The position numbers and the translations under genes are program-made. From assembly GCA_045602945.1 (NCBI GenBank), contig JAZSCM010000003.1:29647-93646 (forward strand): a stretch of 64,000 nucleotides of DNA, in the 5' to 3' direction. Every line of letters starts with the position of its first letter. Position 1 is the first letter of the stretch. The notes below the pieces were generated by a model. It did no database searches. It was given only the letters and a program-made list of their open reading frames with translations, and was not told the DNA's origin. This document shows, piece by piece, positions 19,495 through 28,977 of this stretch. This DNA comes from Acutalibacteraceae bacterium. Its GTDB lineage: Bacteria > Bacillota > Clostridia > Oscillospirales > Acutalibacteraceae.

Positions 19495-20701
19495 TTTGTT
19501 GCTCCTTTTTAATCTTTGTGACGTTACAATCAATACTACCGTCACCAAGACGTACGGTAAGATTTTGATGAGGTTCTACGTCATCTACGGATTTTAGAGT
19601 GTTTCCGTTGTGCGTTACAACAGCATAGCCTCGCGCCATCACCTTAAGAGGACTAAGTGCATCAAGAGAGGTGACGGCAGTAGCAAATTCGGTTGATTTA
19701 TATAAGTAAATTTTTTGACTCGACCGATTAATACTTGACCTTAAATTATTGATTTTTGCTTCATAAAAATTTGTAATAGCTGTGAATGAGTTTTTATGAA
19801 TTAAAGAGAGCTTTTCGTATTTAAGGCGAGAGTTTTCATAGTTAGCCGAAAGGCTGGAAATTAACAAACCTTTCAATCTTTTAACGTGGGATAAAAGCTC
19901 TTGCATATCGGGAACCGAAAGTTCAGCCGCGGCAGACGGTGTCGGAGCACGTAAATCTGCCACAAAATCGCAAATAGTAAAATCGGTTTCGTGACCTACG
20001 GCAGAAATCACGGGAACGGGCGCTTCGTAAACCTTGCGGGCAAGTAATTCATCATTATACTGCTCTAAATCCTCAGCCGAGCCACCGCCTCTGCCAATGA
20101 TTATTAAATCAATTCCGTCTGTTTCATAGACTTTATCAAGAACCTTTATCATATCCTTAGCGGCTTTGTCACCCTGCACTAAAACAGGACAAATTAAAAT
20201 TTCACAAAGCGAATATCTTCTTGAAGTGACGTTTAGTATATCCTGTAAAGCGGCGCCGTCCTCTGCAGTAACAACGGCTATTTTTTGCGGAAATTTGGGT
20301 AAAGGTCTTTTGGTTGAAACATCAAAAAGCCCTTCTTTCTCAAGTTTTTCCTTTACAACGTTAAATTTTGAGGAAATCTCGCCTTCGCCCTGTTTTAGCA
20401 TTTGCTCTGCATAAAACTGATACTGACCGTCCTTTTCATAAAGCGATACTCTGCCCAAAATTATAACTGCTTCGCCATCGTTTGGAACAAACTTAATCTT
20501 TTGATTAGCGGCTTTAAACATAATACAGCGTACAGATGCGTCTTTATCCTTTAAAGTAAAATACCAATGTCCGCTTTGAAAATGGCTTCTAAAGTTTGAA
20601 ATCTCACCTGCAACCGCAATATACGCTAAATTAGCATCGCCCTCTATAAGACCTTTTACGTAAAAATTCAGCTGCTTGACCGAAATAGCCTTGTCATTCA
20701 T
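19487..20701 (-). CDS. xseA: exodeoxyribonuclease VII large subunit
   Basis: 404 aa with an OB fold N-terminus, RGGGS.EDL and GHE.D.T..DFVAD.RA.TPSAAAE. Confidence 0.95.
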   Translation of the reverse strand: MNDKAISVKQLNFYVKGLIEGDANLAYIAVAGEISNFRSHFQSGHWYFTLKDKDASVRCIMFKAANQKIKFVPNDGEAVIILGRVSLYEKDGQYQFYAEQMLKQGEGEISSKFNVVKEKLEKEGLFDVSTKRPLPKFPQKIAVVTAEDGAALQDILNVTSRRYSLCEILICPVLVQGDKAAKDMIKVLDKVYETDGIDLIIIGRGGGSAEDLEQYNDELLARKVYEAPVPVISAVGHETDFTICDFVADLRAPTPSAAAELSVPDMQELLSHVKRLKGLLISSLSANYENSRLKYEKLSLIHKNSFTAITNFYEAKINNLRSSINRSSQKIYLYKSTEFATAVTSLDALSPLKVMARGYAVVTHNGNTLKSVDDVEPHQNLTVRLGDGSIDCNVTKIKKEQQND

Positions 20702-20703
20702 AA

Positions 20704-21096
20704 CTAGTCTTCTTTTGAAACAGAGGATAAAACACCGTTGATATAAGCAGAATCTTCTTTGGTAGAATATTTCTTTGCAAGTTCAACAGCCTCGTTAATT
20801 GAAACCGATACAGGTATTTCGTCAACAAACTTAATCTCATAAATTGCAAGTCTTAAAATAGCAAGTGCAATTTTAGTTATTCTTTTTATAGACCAACCAA
20901 CCGAGTATTTAGAAATAATACCGTCTATGAGCTGGAGATTATCAAAGACACCGTGAAATACACCAATAATATATTCATCGGGTTCAATATCTCTTACTTC
21001 CTTAGCTGTCTCAATAATTTCCTCAAGGGAATCGCTGTTAAACTCTTTTTCAAAAACAAGAATTAGCGCTTCCTCTCGTGCTTCTCTTCTGGTCAT
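20704..21096 (-). CDS. nusB: transcription antitermination factor NusB
   Basis: 130 aa with RR.ARE.A...L and the conserved synteny with xseAB. Confidence 0.9.
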   Translation of the reverse strand: MTRREAREEALILVFEKEFNSDSLEEIIETAKEVRDIEPDEYIIGVFHGVFDNLQLIDGIISKYSVGWSIKRITKIALAILRLAIYEIKFVDEIPVSVSINEAVELAKKYSTKEDSAYINGVLSSVSKED

Positions 21097-21153
21097 ACAG
21101 CACCTCTTTCATAAAAATTGAACATAATTATCCATAATACATATATTTAGTTT

Positions 21154-21182
21154 AGTATACACCAACACTAAGATTTTTGCAA
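21154..21182 (-). promoter_or_regulatory. candidate sigmaA promoter of the nusB...recN string
   Basis: Minus strand reads TTGCAA (21182-21177), 17-nt spacer, TATACT (21159-21154). Confidence 0.45.
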
Positions 21183-21229
21183 GAAATATATTAATTTTAT
21201 TAATACATTTTGCATAAAAATTCAAATAA

Positions 21230-21258
21230 TTGACAAATCTTAGACAGAATGGTAAAAT
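21230..21258 (+). promoter_or_regulatory. candidate sigmaA promoter of the P-type ATPase gene
   Basis: TTGACA (21230-21235), 17-nt spacer, TAAAAT (21253-21258). Confidence 0.5.
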
Positions 21259-21292
21259 AATAATGATTACGTTACTGTTTACGGAGTGATTT

Positions 21293-23890
21293 TTGTTTAT
21301 GATATGGCATAGTGCAGAAGCTTTAGACATTTTAAACGAACTTGGTGTGGATAAAACTAAAGGTCTGGCAAACGGTGTTGCAGACCTTAGACTTGATGAG
21401 TTTGGCAAAAACGTTATTTCAACCGAAGAGCCAACCTCTTTTGGAAAGCGAGTTTTAGGACAACTTAAAAACAAGTTTGTATACGTTCTATTCACCATTT
21501 CAATTGTTTCTTTTATTCTTTCTTTGGTTTATAAGGAGTCGGATTATTTTTCTCCCCTCCTAATAATAGCGGTTGTAATCATTAATGCTGTTGTCACTGC
21601 ATATCACCTATATAGATGCGACCATGCTATTTCATCACTAAAAAATGCCACCAATCCTGAAACAACCGTTATTCGTGACGGTGTTGAGCAAATTATTCCC
21701 TCAAGCCTTTTAGTGCCCGGTGATATTGTAGTATACCAAACGGGCGACTATATCACTGCCGATTGCAGACTGATTGAGACTAATAATTTTCGCTGCAATG
21801 AGTCGTATCTTACAGGAATTACAATTCCCGTAAACAAAAGTGCGTCAGCGGTTGTTGAGGATATAACACCTATTGAAGACCGTATAAATATGGTTTACTA
21901 CGGCACAAGCGTTGCAGGCGGCAGTGCAAAAGCTGTTGTTGTTGAAACCGGACTTAATACCGAAATAGGTCACTCTTCTACGCTTATAAGTCAAGAAGGC
22001 TCCGAAGAGTTGCCTGTAAAATCAGTGCTTGACCGCACCGAAAAGCTTACAAATGTAATAATTCTTATCATCTGCTTCCTTGTGTTTGTTTTAGAATTGG
22101 CGATTAATTCAGGTAACGGTGTTCCTTTTGCCAGTCTCTCAGCTAAAACCTTAATGAACGCTATAGCCTTAGCTGTTGCTGCTATCCCTGAGGGACTGCC
22201 TGCAATTTGTACCGTTGTAATAGCCTTGGGAATTCAGCGAATTATTAAGAGTGACACTATTATTAAGAAAACTAAAGCTATTGAATTACTTGGCAAAACT
22301 ACCGTAATCTGCTCCGATAAAACAGGTGTTATAACTAAAAACCATATGCACCTCGAAAAAACATTCAATAAAGAAGGTTTTTCGACCTGTTATGACACTT
22401 TGAGCGACTCAAATCTTTTGCTTTTAAAACTAGCCAGTGCTTGTTCTACGCTTGATAACGATGCTACCGAAAATTCTATTGAAAACGCCTGTTTTACCTA
22501 CACAGGTTTACCAAAAGACGAAATTGACAATCTATATCCTAGACTTACCCTTATCCCCTTTGACTCTGAACGCAAGACTATGACCAGTATCAATATGATT
22601 TCAGGTCAGCCTATCGCAATTGTTAAGGGCGCCCCTGAAATTTTGGCTTCAAAATTTAAAGATTTTAACGAGCAGGATATTTTAAAGGCCAATGACGAAA
22701 TGGCTACCGAGGGTCTAAGAGTTATTTGTATAGGTATTAAACCGCTAGACGACGTACCTGCTATTCCATCTGCAGAGGATATCGAAAACAACTTGATTTT
22801 TGTTGGTCTTTTAGGACTCGCAGACCCACCAAAAAGCGAAACTATAAACGCTCTTTCAGCCTGTGATGCGGCTGGTATTAAAACAATAATGATAACAGGC
22901 GATAATCTTTTAACAGCAAAAGCGGTGGCTCGACGTGTTGGTATTTTAAAGGACGGCACTAAGGCTATAACAGGTGCAGAACTTTCGGAATTAACCGACG
23001 ATGAGCTGCTAAACAATATACAGGAATACAGCGTTTATGCCAGAATTTTGCCTCAAGATAAATTAAGAATTATAAAGGCTTGGCAAAGTTCGGGAAATAT
23101 CGTTGCCGTTACGGGCGACAGCATTGCAGATGCCGATGCACTTGGCGCCGCAAATATCGGTTGTGCCATTGGTGAAAACGGTACCGACGTTGCCAAGGGC
23201 AATGCCGACGTTATAATTAAAAATAACAATTTTGCTTCAATTGTTAATGCAATTCGCGAAAGCAGAGGTCTTTTTGCTAATATACAAAAATCCGTTGCTT
23301 ATCTGCTTTCCTGTAATTTTGCTGAAATTCTTCTTTATATTATCGGTTTAATATTCTTTGGTGCTCCCCCGCTTCTCGCAGTTCAGCTTTTGTGGATTAA
23401 CCTTTTAACCGATACAACCCCTGTAATTGCATTAAGTGCTCAAAAAGCCGACTACAGCGTAATGAACAAAAAGCCCGTTACACTTTCAGGCAAACTTTTC
23501 GAGCTTAAAAACATTATTCATTTGAGTATTTTTACCGTTACGATTTTCTTCATTTCACTTCTTTCAGCTATCATAGGCAACTCAATGAGCTTTAATACAG
23601 GAATGACCGAAACAGGAATGACAATGGCATTTTTAACACTATCACTTACTCAGGTGTTACATTCGTTTAATATGAGAAGCACAAGCAGTATATTTAAGAC
23701 AAAACTAAAGTTTAAGGACTTTATGTTGCTTTCCAGTTTAGTTATTGTATTTATTTGTTGCTTCTTAACCCTAACCCCTGCAGGTGCTGTTTTTGGTCTT
23801 ACTGCTTTAACCTTTGCACAGTTTATAACAGCGATTGCATTGTCCTTAATAATTATTCCTGTATCGGAAATTTTAAAATTTTTAAAATAA
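21293..23890 (+). CDS. P-type (type II, Ca2+-ATPase-like) cation-transporting ATPase with degenerate catalytic motifs
   Basis: 865 aa. N-terminal cation-ATPase domain, PEGLP, KGAPE, DPPK, MITGDN and LWINLLTD are all present. However TGES reads TGIT, DKTGT reads DKTGV and GDGxNDxP reads GDSIADAD (see findings). Confidence 0.85.
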   Translation: MFMIWHSAEALDILNELGVDKTKGLANGVADLRLDEFGKNVISTEEPTSFGKRVLGQLKNKFVYVLFTISIVSFILSLVYKESDYFSPLLIIAVVIINAVVTAYHLYRCDHAISSLKNATNPETTVIRDGVEQIIPSSLLVPGDIVVYQTGDYITADCRLIETNNFRCNESYLTGITIPVNKSASAVVEDITPIEDRINMVYYGTSVAGGSAKAVVVETGLNTEIGHSSTLISQEGSEELPVKSVLDRTEKLTNVIILIICFLVFVLELAINSGNGVPFASLSAKTLMNAIALAVAAIPEGLPAICTVVIALGIQRIIKSDTIIKKTKAIELLGKTTVICSDKTGVITKNHMHLEKTFNKEGFSTCYDTLSDSNLLLLKLASACSTLDNDATENSIENACFTYTGLPKDEIDNLYPRLTLIPFDSERKTMTSINMISGQPIAIVKGAPEILASKFKDFNEQDILKANDEMATEGLRVICIGIKPLDDVPAIPSAEDIENNLIFVGLLGLADPPKSETINALSACDAAGIKTIMITGDNLLTAKAVARRVGILKDGTKAITGAELSELTDDELLNNIQEYSVYARILPQDKLRIIKAWQSSGNIVAVTGDSIADADALGAANIGCAIGENGTDVAKGNADVIIKNNNFASIVNAIRESRGLFANIQKSVAYLLSCNFAEILLYIIGLIFFGAPPLLAVQLLWINLLTDTTPVIALSAQKADYSVMNKKPVTLSGKLFELKNIIHLSIFTVTIFFISLLSAIIGNSMSFNTGMTETGMTMAFLTLSLTQVLHSFNMRSTSSIFKTKLKFKDFMLLSSLVIVFICCFLTLTPAGAVFGLTALTFAQFITAIALSLIIIPVSEILKFLK

Positions 23891-23905
23891 CTCCAAAAAG
23901 TTTAA

Positions 23906-23937
23906 ATCACCCACCAATGCAAGTGGGTGATTTTTTT
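23906..23937. terminator. bidirectional intrinsic terminator between the ATPase gene and feoB
   Basis: Stem ATCACCCAC / GTGGGTGAT, 8-nt loop, T7 run. It overlaps the feoB stop codon. Confidence 0.7.
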
Positions 23938-26026
23938 ATATGCCAAATAGCTTAAAAATAAGGTTTACTGCGGCACAAATAATTATACCCAGTACCGTAG
24001 GCAATACAAAAGATAAAATAGTCCATTTTATACTGCCCGTTTCCTTTTTAACGGTTATGAGAGTTGTAGAGCAAGGCCAATGCATAAGTGAAAATAGTAT
24101 TACACAAATTGCGGTTTTAATAGTCCAACCGTTGTTTACAAAAATTTCTCCCATTTGTATAAGTCCCATTGAACTGCTTAAATTAGTGCCTTCGGAGTAG
24201 ACCATGGTAGCAATAGGTAAAACTATTTCGTTGGCGGGAAAGCCTAATATAAAGGCAAGTAACACCGCACCGTCAAAGCCTAAGAAATTTCCTATCGGTT
24301 CTAAAACGTCCGCTAGCTTACAAAGTATCGATACGTCACCTATTTTAAAATTAGCGAGTAACCAAATGACCGCGCCCGCAGGTGCGGCAACAATCACCGC
24401 TCTACCTAAAATATGAAGCGTTCTGTCAAATACCGAACGTATTATTACCTGTAATATTTGCGGTTTTCTGTATGACGGCAACTCCAAAACGTACGACGAG
24501 CTTTTACCCTTTAAAATTGTCAGTGATAAAAGCTTTGTTAAAAGAAAGGTAGCAAGTATACCTGCAACTATCACAAGAGTTAAAACGAGGCTTGATAGCA
24601 CCGAAGAAGTAATTGTAGAGCCACCGACAAAGAACAAGGTTATTAAGGCTACAATGGTTGGAAATCTGCCGTTACAAGGAACTAGTGAATTTGTGAGAAT
24701 GGCTAGTTTTTTCTCTCGGTCTGAGTCAATAATCCTACACCCCGAAACACCCGCGGCATTACAGCCAAACCCCATACACATAGTCAGCGCCTGTTTGCCA
24801 CAAGCATTGCAACGACTAAACGGCTTATCTAAATTAAAGGCAATTCTAGGCAGTATGCCGCTATCCTCAATTAGTGTGAAAAGCGGAAAAAATATAGCCA
24901 TTGGCGGTAGCATAACCGAAACTACCGTTGCAGTGGTGTGGAAAATACCGTCTATAAAAAACGATATAATATTTGGGTTTAACTTTATATTTAATAATAA
25001 TTCTCTTAAAAGATTTTCGATCCATAAAAACAGTCTTGACAAAGCCTCTGACGGATAATTTGCACCCTCAATTGTTAGCCAAAATATAAAGAGCAACATC
25101 AAAAGCATTATTGGATACGCCGTAAATTTAGAGGTTAAAATTTTATCAAGCTTTCGGTCTTTATTACTGTATGGTAGTTTTTTTTCTTTTACTGCCTTAT
25201 TGCAAATTTCTCCTGCAGTTTGAACTGAAGTTATAGTTATAATTTCATTAAATCTTTCCTTAGAAATATTGTGACTATCTAAAAGCAGCTTTGCTTCAAT
25301 TATTTTTTCTTTTATATGCTTTTCTTGCTCTTTAGATTGTGCTATTTTTTCAATTAGTGTTTTTTCATCGCTTGTCGTTAATAAACTTATACTTGCCCAC
25401 CTTGTAAATCTTTTGTCTTGGCATATTTTGAAAATTTCTTCTGATAATATATTTATTGAGTTTTCTATAATTTCGGGGTATTTTACAAAATAAGCATCAT
25501 CTAACACAACAAAGAAATCAAGCGTAAAAACAACCTTTTTCAGTTCTTTTTTGCTTCTGGCACTTATTGCCACAACGGGTATTTTAAGAGTGTTTTTTAA
25601 GTTATCTATATCGATTTCAATTCCCTTTTTCTTTGCCTCGTCCATTAAATTGATGCAAAGAATTACCCTATTTGTCACCTCTAAAATTTGGAGCACCAAA
25701 TTCATATTGCGTTCAAGACAGGTAGCATCGCATACAACTATCACTGCATCATAATCGGTCGAGCATATATAATCCACCGCTACCTTTTCTTCCTCAGAAT
25801 GAGGAACAAGTGAATAAGTACCGGGTATATCGACTATTTTATAGCAATTATTATTGCCGTTAAAATAGCCTACAGCGTTGCTGACCGTCTTACCTGCCCA
25901 ATTACCCGTATGCTGTTTAAGTCCTGTAAGACCGTTAAAAACCGTACTTTTACCAACGTTTGGATTACCTGCCAAAGCAATTACTTTTGTATTTTCTTTG
26001 TTAATTACTTTTTTAAACTTATTCAA
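23936..26026 (-). CDS. feoB: ferrous iron transporter FeoB
   Basis: 696 aa with an N-terminal G-domain (GNPNVGKST, DIPG) and a polytopic membrane domain. Confidence 0.95.
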   Translation of the reverse strand: MNKFKKVINKENTKVIALAGNPNVGKSTVFNGLTGLKQHTGNWAGKTVSNAVGYFNGNNNCYKIVDIPGTYSLVPHSEEEKVAVDYICSTDYDAVIVVCDATCLERNMNLVLQILEVTNRVILCINLMDEAKKKGIEIDIDNLKNTLKIPVVAISARSKKELKKVVFTLDFFVVLDDAYFVKYPEIIENSINILSEEIFKICQDKRFTRWASISLLTTSDEKTLIEKIAQSKEQEKHIKEKIIEAKLLLDSHNISKERFNEIITITSVQTAGEICNKAVKEKKLPYSNKDRKLDKILTSKFTAYPIMLLMLLFIFWLTIEGANYPSEALSRLFLWIENLLRELLLNIKLNPNIISFFIDGIFHTTATVVSVMLPPMAIFFPLFTLIEDSGILPRIAFNLDKPFSRCNACGKQALTMCMGFGCNAAGVSGCRIIDSDREKKLAILTNSLVPCNGRFPTIVALITLFFVGGSTITSSVLSSLVLTLVIVAGILATFLLTKLLSLTILKGKSSSYVLELPSYRKPQILQVIIRSVFDRTLHILGRAVIVAAPAGAVIWLLANFKIGDVSILCKLADVLEPIGNFLGFDGAVLLAFILGFPANEIVLPIATMVYSEGTNLSSSMGLIQMGEIFVNNGWTIKTAICVILFSLMHWPCSTTLITVKKETGSIKWTILSFVLPTVLGIIICAAVNLIFKLFGI

Positions 26027-26277
26027 GGTAGCACCTGCTTTTTCACAGTAATTTGTTTGCAGTTTATAAGTCTTAGGGCAATTACGGTGTTTTTAACCCT
26101 AAAGGCTACAGGGTCGCCTAAGGGACTGGTAGTAAGTCTTGTTATTTTTGCATTTTCTATAAGTCCTAAATCCCATAATCGCCTTTTTATATCGCTGTTA
26201 GTTTCTATTTTAAAAACCGTTGCGGTTTCATTTTCTTTTAGTGTGTCAAGTGTCGAAGTATACCACAAAGCAATCAC
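26023..26277 (-). CDS. feoA: FeoA-family protein
   Basis: 84 aa, SH3-like FeoA pattern (RL.DLG...........P.GDP), 4-nt overlap with feoB. The start codon is uncertain (GTG without an SD). Confidence 0.8.
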   Translation of the reverse strand: MIALWYTSTLDTLKENETATVFKIETNSDIKRRLWDLGLIENAKITRLTTSPLGDPVAFRVKNTVIALRLINCKQITVKKQVLP

Positions 26278-26365
26278 CGAAATCTATAGTTTTATCTCTT
26301 ATATTCTATTTGCTTTAGTTTGTAAATGTTAATCGTGAATTTTTAAAAATTTTTCAATATTTTCC

Positions 26366-26394
26366 TTGACAATAAGGGGTAATGTTGCTATAAT
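26366..26394 (+). promoter_or_regulatory. consensus sigmaA promoter of tRNA-Lys
   Basis: TTGACA (26366-26371), exactly 17 nt, TATAAT (26389-26394). The tRNA 5' end lies 17 nt downstream. Confidence 0.7.
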
Positions 26395-26411
26395 TATAAA
26401 GCTGTCTATAT

Positions 26412-26487
26412 GATCCATTAGCTCAGCTGGCAGAGCACTTGACTTTTAATCAAGGTGTCCGGGGTTCGATTCCCCGATGGGTCACCA
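26412..26487 (+). tRNA. tRNA-Lys (anticodon UUU), CCA encoded
   Basis: 76 nt folded by hand. The acceptor stem GATCCAT/ATGGGTC has one G-U pair. D-loop AGCTCAGCTGG, anticodon stem CTTGA/TCAAG with loop CTTTTAA, T-arm GGTTCGATTCC, terminal ACCA. Confidence 0.92.
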
Positions 26488-26490
26488 AAA

Positions 26491-26520
26491 ATCCCGTTCA
26501 CGCAAGTGGACGGGATTTTT
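26491..26520 (+). terminator. intrinsic terminator after tRNA-Lys
   Basis: 11-bp stem ATCCCGTTCAC / GTGGACGGGAT (one G-U pair), GCAA tetraloop, T5 run. Confidence 0.75.
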
Positions 26521-26525
26521 ACTTC

Positions 26526-26543
26526 TTACCTCTTCACTCTTAC
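26526..26543 (+). repeat. CU-rich block TTACCTCTTCACTCTTAC, 17/18 identical to 5956-5973
   Basis: Direct comparison of the two intergenic regions. Confidence 0.6.
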
Positions 26544-26606
26544 TTCAAATAAGAAAGTTGTATAGTAAAAGTGGTCACGTAAAAGAGATACTGGTAAAAT
26601 AGAAAA

Positions 26607-26624
26607 AAGAGGTGTGGCTTCGCC
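26607..26624 (+). repeat. block AAGAGGTGTGGCTTCGCC, matches the minus strand of 5941-5964 (AAGAGGTAAGGTGTCGGCTTCGCC)
   Basis: Direct comparison. It is in inverted orientation relative to the 26526 block. Confidence 0.55.
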
Positions 26625-26667
26625 ACCAATTTTCCTGAGGGGAATCTACACTTTGAGGGCGCAAAAA

Positions 26668-26695
26668 AACACAAGGTTTTCACCTTGTGTTTTTT
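26668..26695. terminator. bidirectional intrinsic terminator at the end of the sugar cluster
   Basis: Stem AACACAAGG / CCTTGTGTT, loop TTTTCA, flanked by A7 and T6 runs, 13 nt from the FGGY kinase stop. Confidence 0.7.
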
Positions 26696-26707
26696 GTTGT
26701 GTTAAAA

Positions 26708-28177
26708 TTATTTGTGATAAATTGGCGCTAATGCGTCGTGAATTGCTTTGTAGCGCACGAATAATTCAGCGTAAAGTTCTTGGTTTTCGGAATTTGGTTT
26801 TGATATTGATTCTACCTCAATACAACGCTCAGCAGCTTCTGAAAAGCTATCAAACCAGCCTATGCCCACCGCCGCTAACATAGCGGTACCAAATGATGAA
26901 TCGTCCACCTTAACCTTTTGAAGCTCAAGACCTAAAACGTCAGAAACTATTTGTCTCCAAACAAGACCTTTAGCGCCGCCGCCGATAACACGTATACGCT
27001 TCATATCGACACCTAAATCATTAAGAGTTTGCAATGAGTCCTTAAGACTCATTGCAACACCCTCTAAGGTGGCTCTGGTAAAGTGTGCTTTAGTATGAGC
27101 CGCGCTAATACCTGTATAGCTGCCTTTTAGTTCAGGATCGTTATATGGTGTAAGTTCACCGTTTAAGTATGGATGGAACATCAATCCGTCACAGCCCGGT
27201 GCTATTTCCTTTGCTGAAACGTCCAAATCTGCAAACGGTTCTTGACCTAAAACGTCACGATACCAACGGTAACTTGCGGCACAACTTGCAGTAGCTGTTC
27301 CCGGATACCATAGTCCCTCAGCTACGTGTCTGTAATTAAAAATAAACTTTGAATCAAGCGGACGGTCGGTAATAACGCAAATGCGACCTGCGGTAGCAAG
27401 TTTTACGGTCATATGTCCTGTTTCAACACTTCCTGCCGCAAAAACCTCCATAACGGTATCGGTTGTGCCAACCAAAACCTTCGTATTTTCCGATAAACCA
27501 AATTCCTTTGCCGCTTTTTCGGTAACAAAGCCTACTATATCGGTCGGTTTGCAAAGTTTTGGAAGCCATTCTTGCTTTATACCGCCAATATTGCAAAGCT
27601 CATTTGACCAACATTCATTTTTAACGTCAAAAAACATTGAGCCTGCGGCATCAATGGTATCGGTCTCCATAGTACCTGTTATTCTATATCTTAGATAATC
27701 CTTTGCAAAAAGGATTTTATTGATTTTATCCCAATTTTGCGGTTCGTTACTGCGAAGCCACATAAGTTGAGGCAAGGTCCAAACCGTTGTGGGAGCATTT
27801 AAGGCGTTATTTAAAACAAGGTCAAGACTGTTTTGTTTAAGCCACGCTACTTGACTCTTACTGCGTTGATCGGTCCAAAGAATAGCCGGTCGAATGATCT
27901 TTAATTTATCATCAAGTAACACAGCGGTATGTGTAGCGGCATCAAGCGCAATTGCTTCTATCTGCGCGGGCTTAATATCTGCAACGCTATAGATATCTGT
28001 TAAAGCCTTTTTAAACGCCTTACACCAATCCTCAGGGTCTTGCTCACACCAGCCTGTATGTGGGTAGTGTGTAGGATATTCACAGCCTGCAGTAGCTGTA
28101 ATTTTCCCTTCCCTGTGTAGCAACGTTAGTTTTACCGAGCCGCTGCCTATATCAACACCAAGTACGTATTTTTCCAT
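26708..28177 (-). CDS. FGGY-family carbohydrate kinase (xylulokinase-like)
   Basis: About 489 aa counted from ATG 28177 (MEKYVLGVDIGSGSVK, the typical FGGY N-terminus). A C-terminal GGGAK motif is present. Substrate unknown. Confidence 0.85.
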   Translation of the reverse strand: MEKYVLGVDIGSGSVKLTLLHREGKITATAGCEYPTHYPHTGWCEQDPEDWCKAFKKALTDIYSVADIKPAQIEAIALDAATHTAVLLDDKLKIIRPAILWTDQRSKSQVAWLKQNSLDLVLNNALNAPTTVWTLPQLMWLRSNEPQNWDKINKILFAKDYLRYRITGTMETDTIDAAGSMFFDVKNECWSNELCNIGGIKQEWLPKLCKPTDIVGFVTEKAAKEFGLSENTKVLVGTTDTVMEVFAAGSVETGHMTVKLATAGRICVITDRPLDSKFIFNYRHVAEGLWYPGTATASCAASYRWYRDVLGQEPFADLDVSAKEIAPGCDGLMFHPYLNGELTPYNDPELKGSYTGISAAHTKAHFTRATLEGVAMSLKDSLQTLNDLGVDMKRIRVIGGGAKGLVWRQIVSDVLGLELQKVKVDDSSFGTAMLAAVGIGWFDSFSEAAERCIEVESISKPNSENQELYAELFVRYKAIHDALAPIYHK

Positions 28178-28185
28178 AATATACC

Positions 28186-28977
28186 CTATCCTTGTAAAAT
28201 CCAATCATGGTCTGGGTCGTTTGTGCGATGTATTCCCTGTTCTTCACCCGCCATTAGCCATAAAATATACATTTTGTAGCCGGGTGCTGTCTGTGTCAAA
28301 TGATAACCCTTTGGGAACTCTACCAAATCGTTATTTTTAACCCTATAGGTCTCATCTATTTCGCCGTCGCGAGTGTAAAGGCTCTGAAAACCGAAGCCTT
28401 GCTCCTTATCAAAAAGGAAATAATAAATTTCCTCAGCAACCGATTCTCTTGGCATATCGTCAACGTCGTGCTTATGGCCTGGGTATCCTGCCCAGTTACC
28501 GGGTTCAACAAATGATTCGCCTATAGTTAGGTAATCGGCGTTGCTGTTACCGTCAATAATTATATGACAGTCTCTCTTCCAAGGTGTTTCGCCGAGTGTC
28601 AGCACCTTTACGTTTTCGGGAGTGCGAAGTTCAGGTTTTGAATCTTTATCGGTAGGAGTGTCAATGACACCGATACGCACGTTGTCACAACCTGTAAATG
28701 TAACAGAGGTATTTCTCGGCACGTAAACACTATGGCAAGGACCGTCAAAAACGTTCATTCTGCCACCGACGTTTTCCCATTTAAAGCCATCTACAGTTAC
28801 GTCAGCATGACCGTAAAGGAAAATAAATACATATTCTTTTTGCTCTGTATCAATTGTAACTGTATCACCCTTGTCAAGTTCAATCATACCGAACTCCAAA
28901 CGCTTACAACTGCACTTATCAATTTCGCACAGCTTGGTATAACCTGTTGATGGTGTATAGGTCTTCTTGTAATTCAT
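28186..28977 (-). CDS. iolB: 5-deoxy-glucuronate isomerase (IolB family)
   Basis: 263 aa counted from ATG 28977 (GGAGG SD; ATGA overlap with the etfA stop). Strong IolB signature: GNWAGYPGHKHD, EE.YYF, QGFGFQ.LYT.DGEIDET, GYH....PGY..Y.LW.MAG, NDPDHDWI. Confidence 0.8.
   Translation of the reverse strand: MNYKKTYTPSTGYTKLCEIDKCSCKRLEFGMIELDKGDTVTIDTEQKEYVFIFLYGHADVTVDGFKWENVGGRMNVFDGPCHSVYVPRNTSVTFTGCDNVRIGVIDTPTDKDSKPELRTPENVKVLTLGETPWKRDCHIIIDGNSNADYLTIGESFVEPGNWAGYPGHKHDVDDMPRESVAEEIYYFLFDKEQGFGFQSLYTRDGEIDETYRVKNNDLVEFPKGYHLTQTAPGYKMYILWLMAGEEQGIHRTNDPDHDWILQG

Noticed and set aside
21109-21498. 129-aa minus-strand ORF spanning the nusB/ATPase intergenic region
   Set aside because: It overlaps the promoter, SD and first 200 nt of the P-type ATPase gene. 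It has no SD and a low-complexity sequence.
25910-26332. 140-aa plus-strand ORF across the feoB/feoA junction
   Set aside because: It is antisense to two well-supported genes and has no translation signals.
26614-26883. 89-aa plus-strand ORF starting at the GTG after the AAGAGGT block
   Set aside because: It reads straight through a strong bidirectional terminator and then runs antisense into the FGGY kinase gene. Only the SD-like block plus GTG is notable, and that is reported as a repeat.
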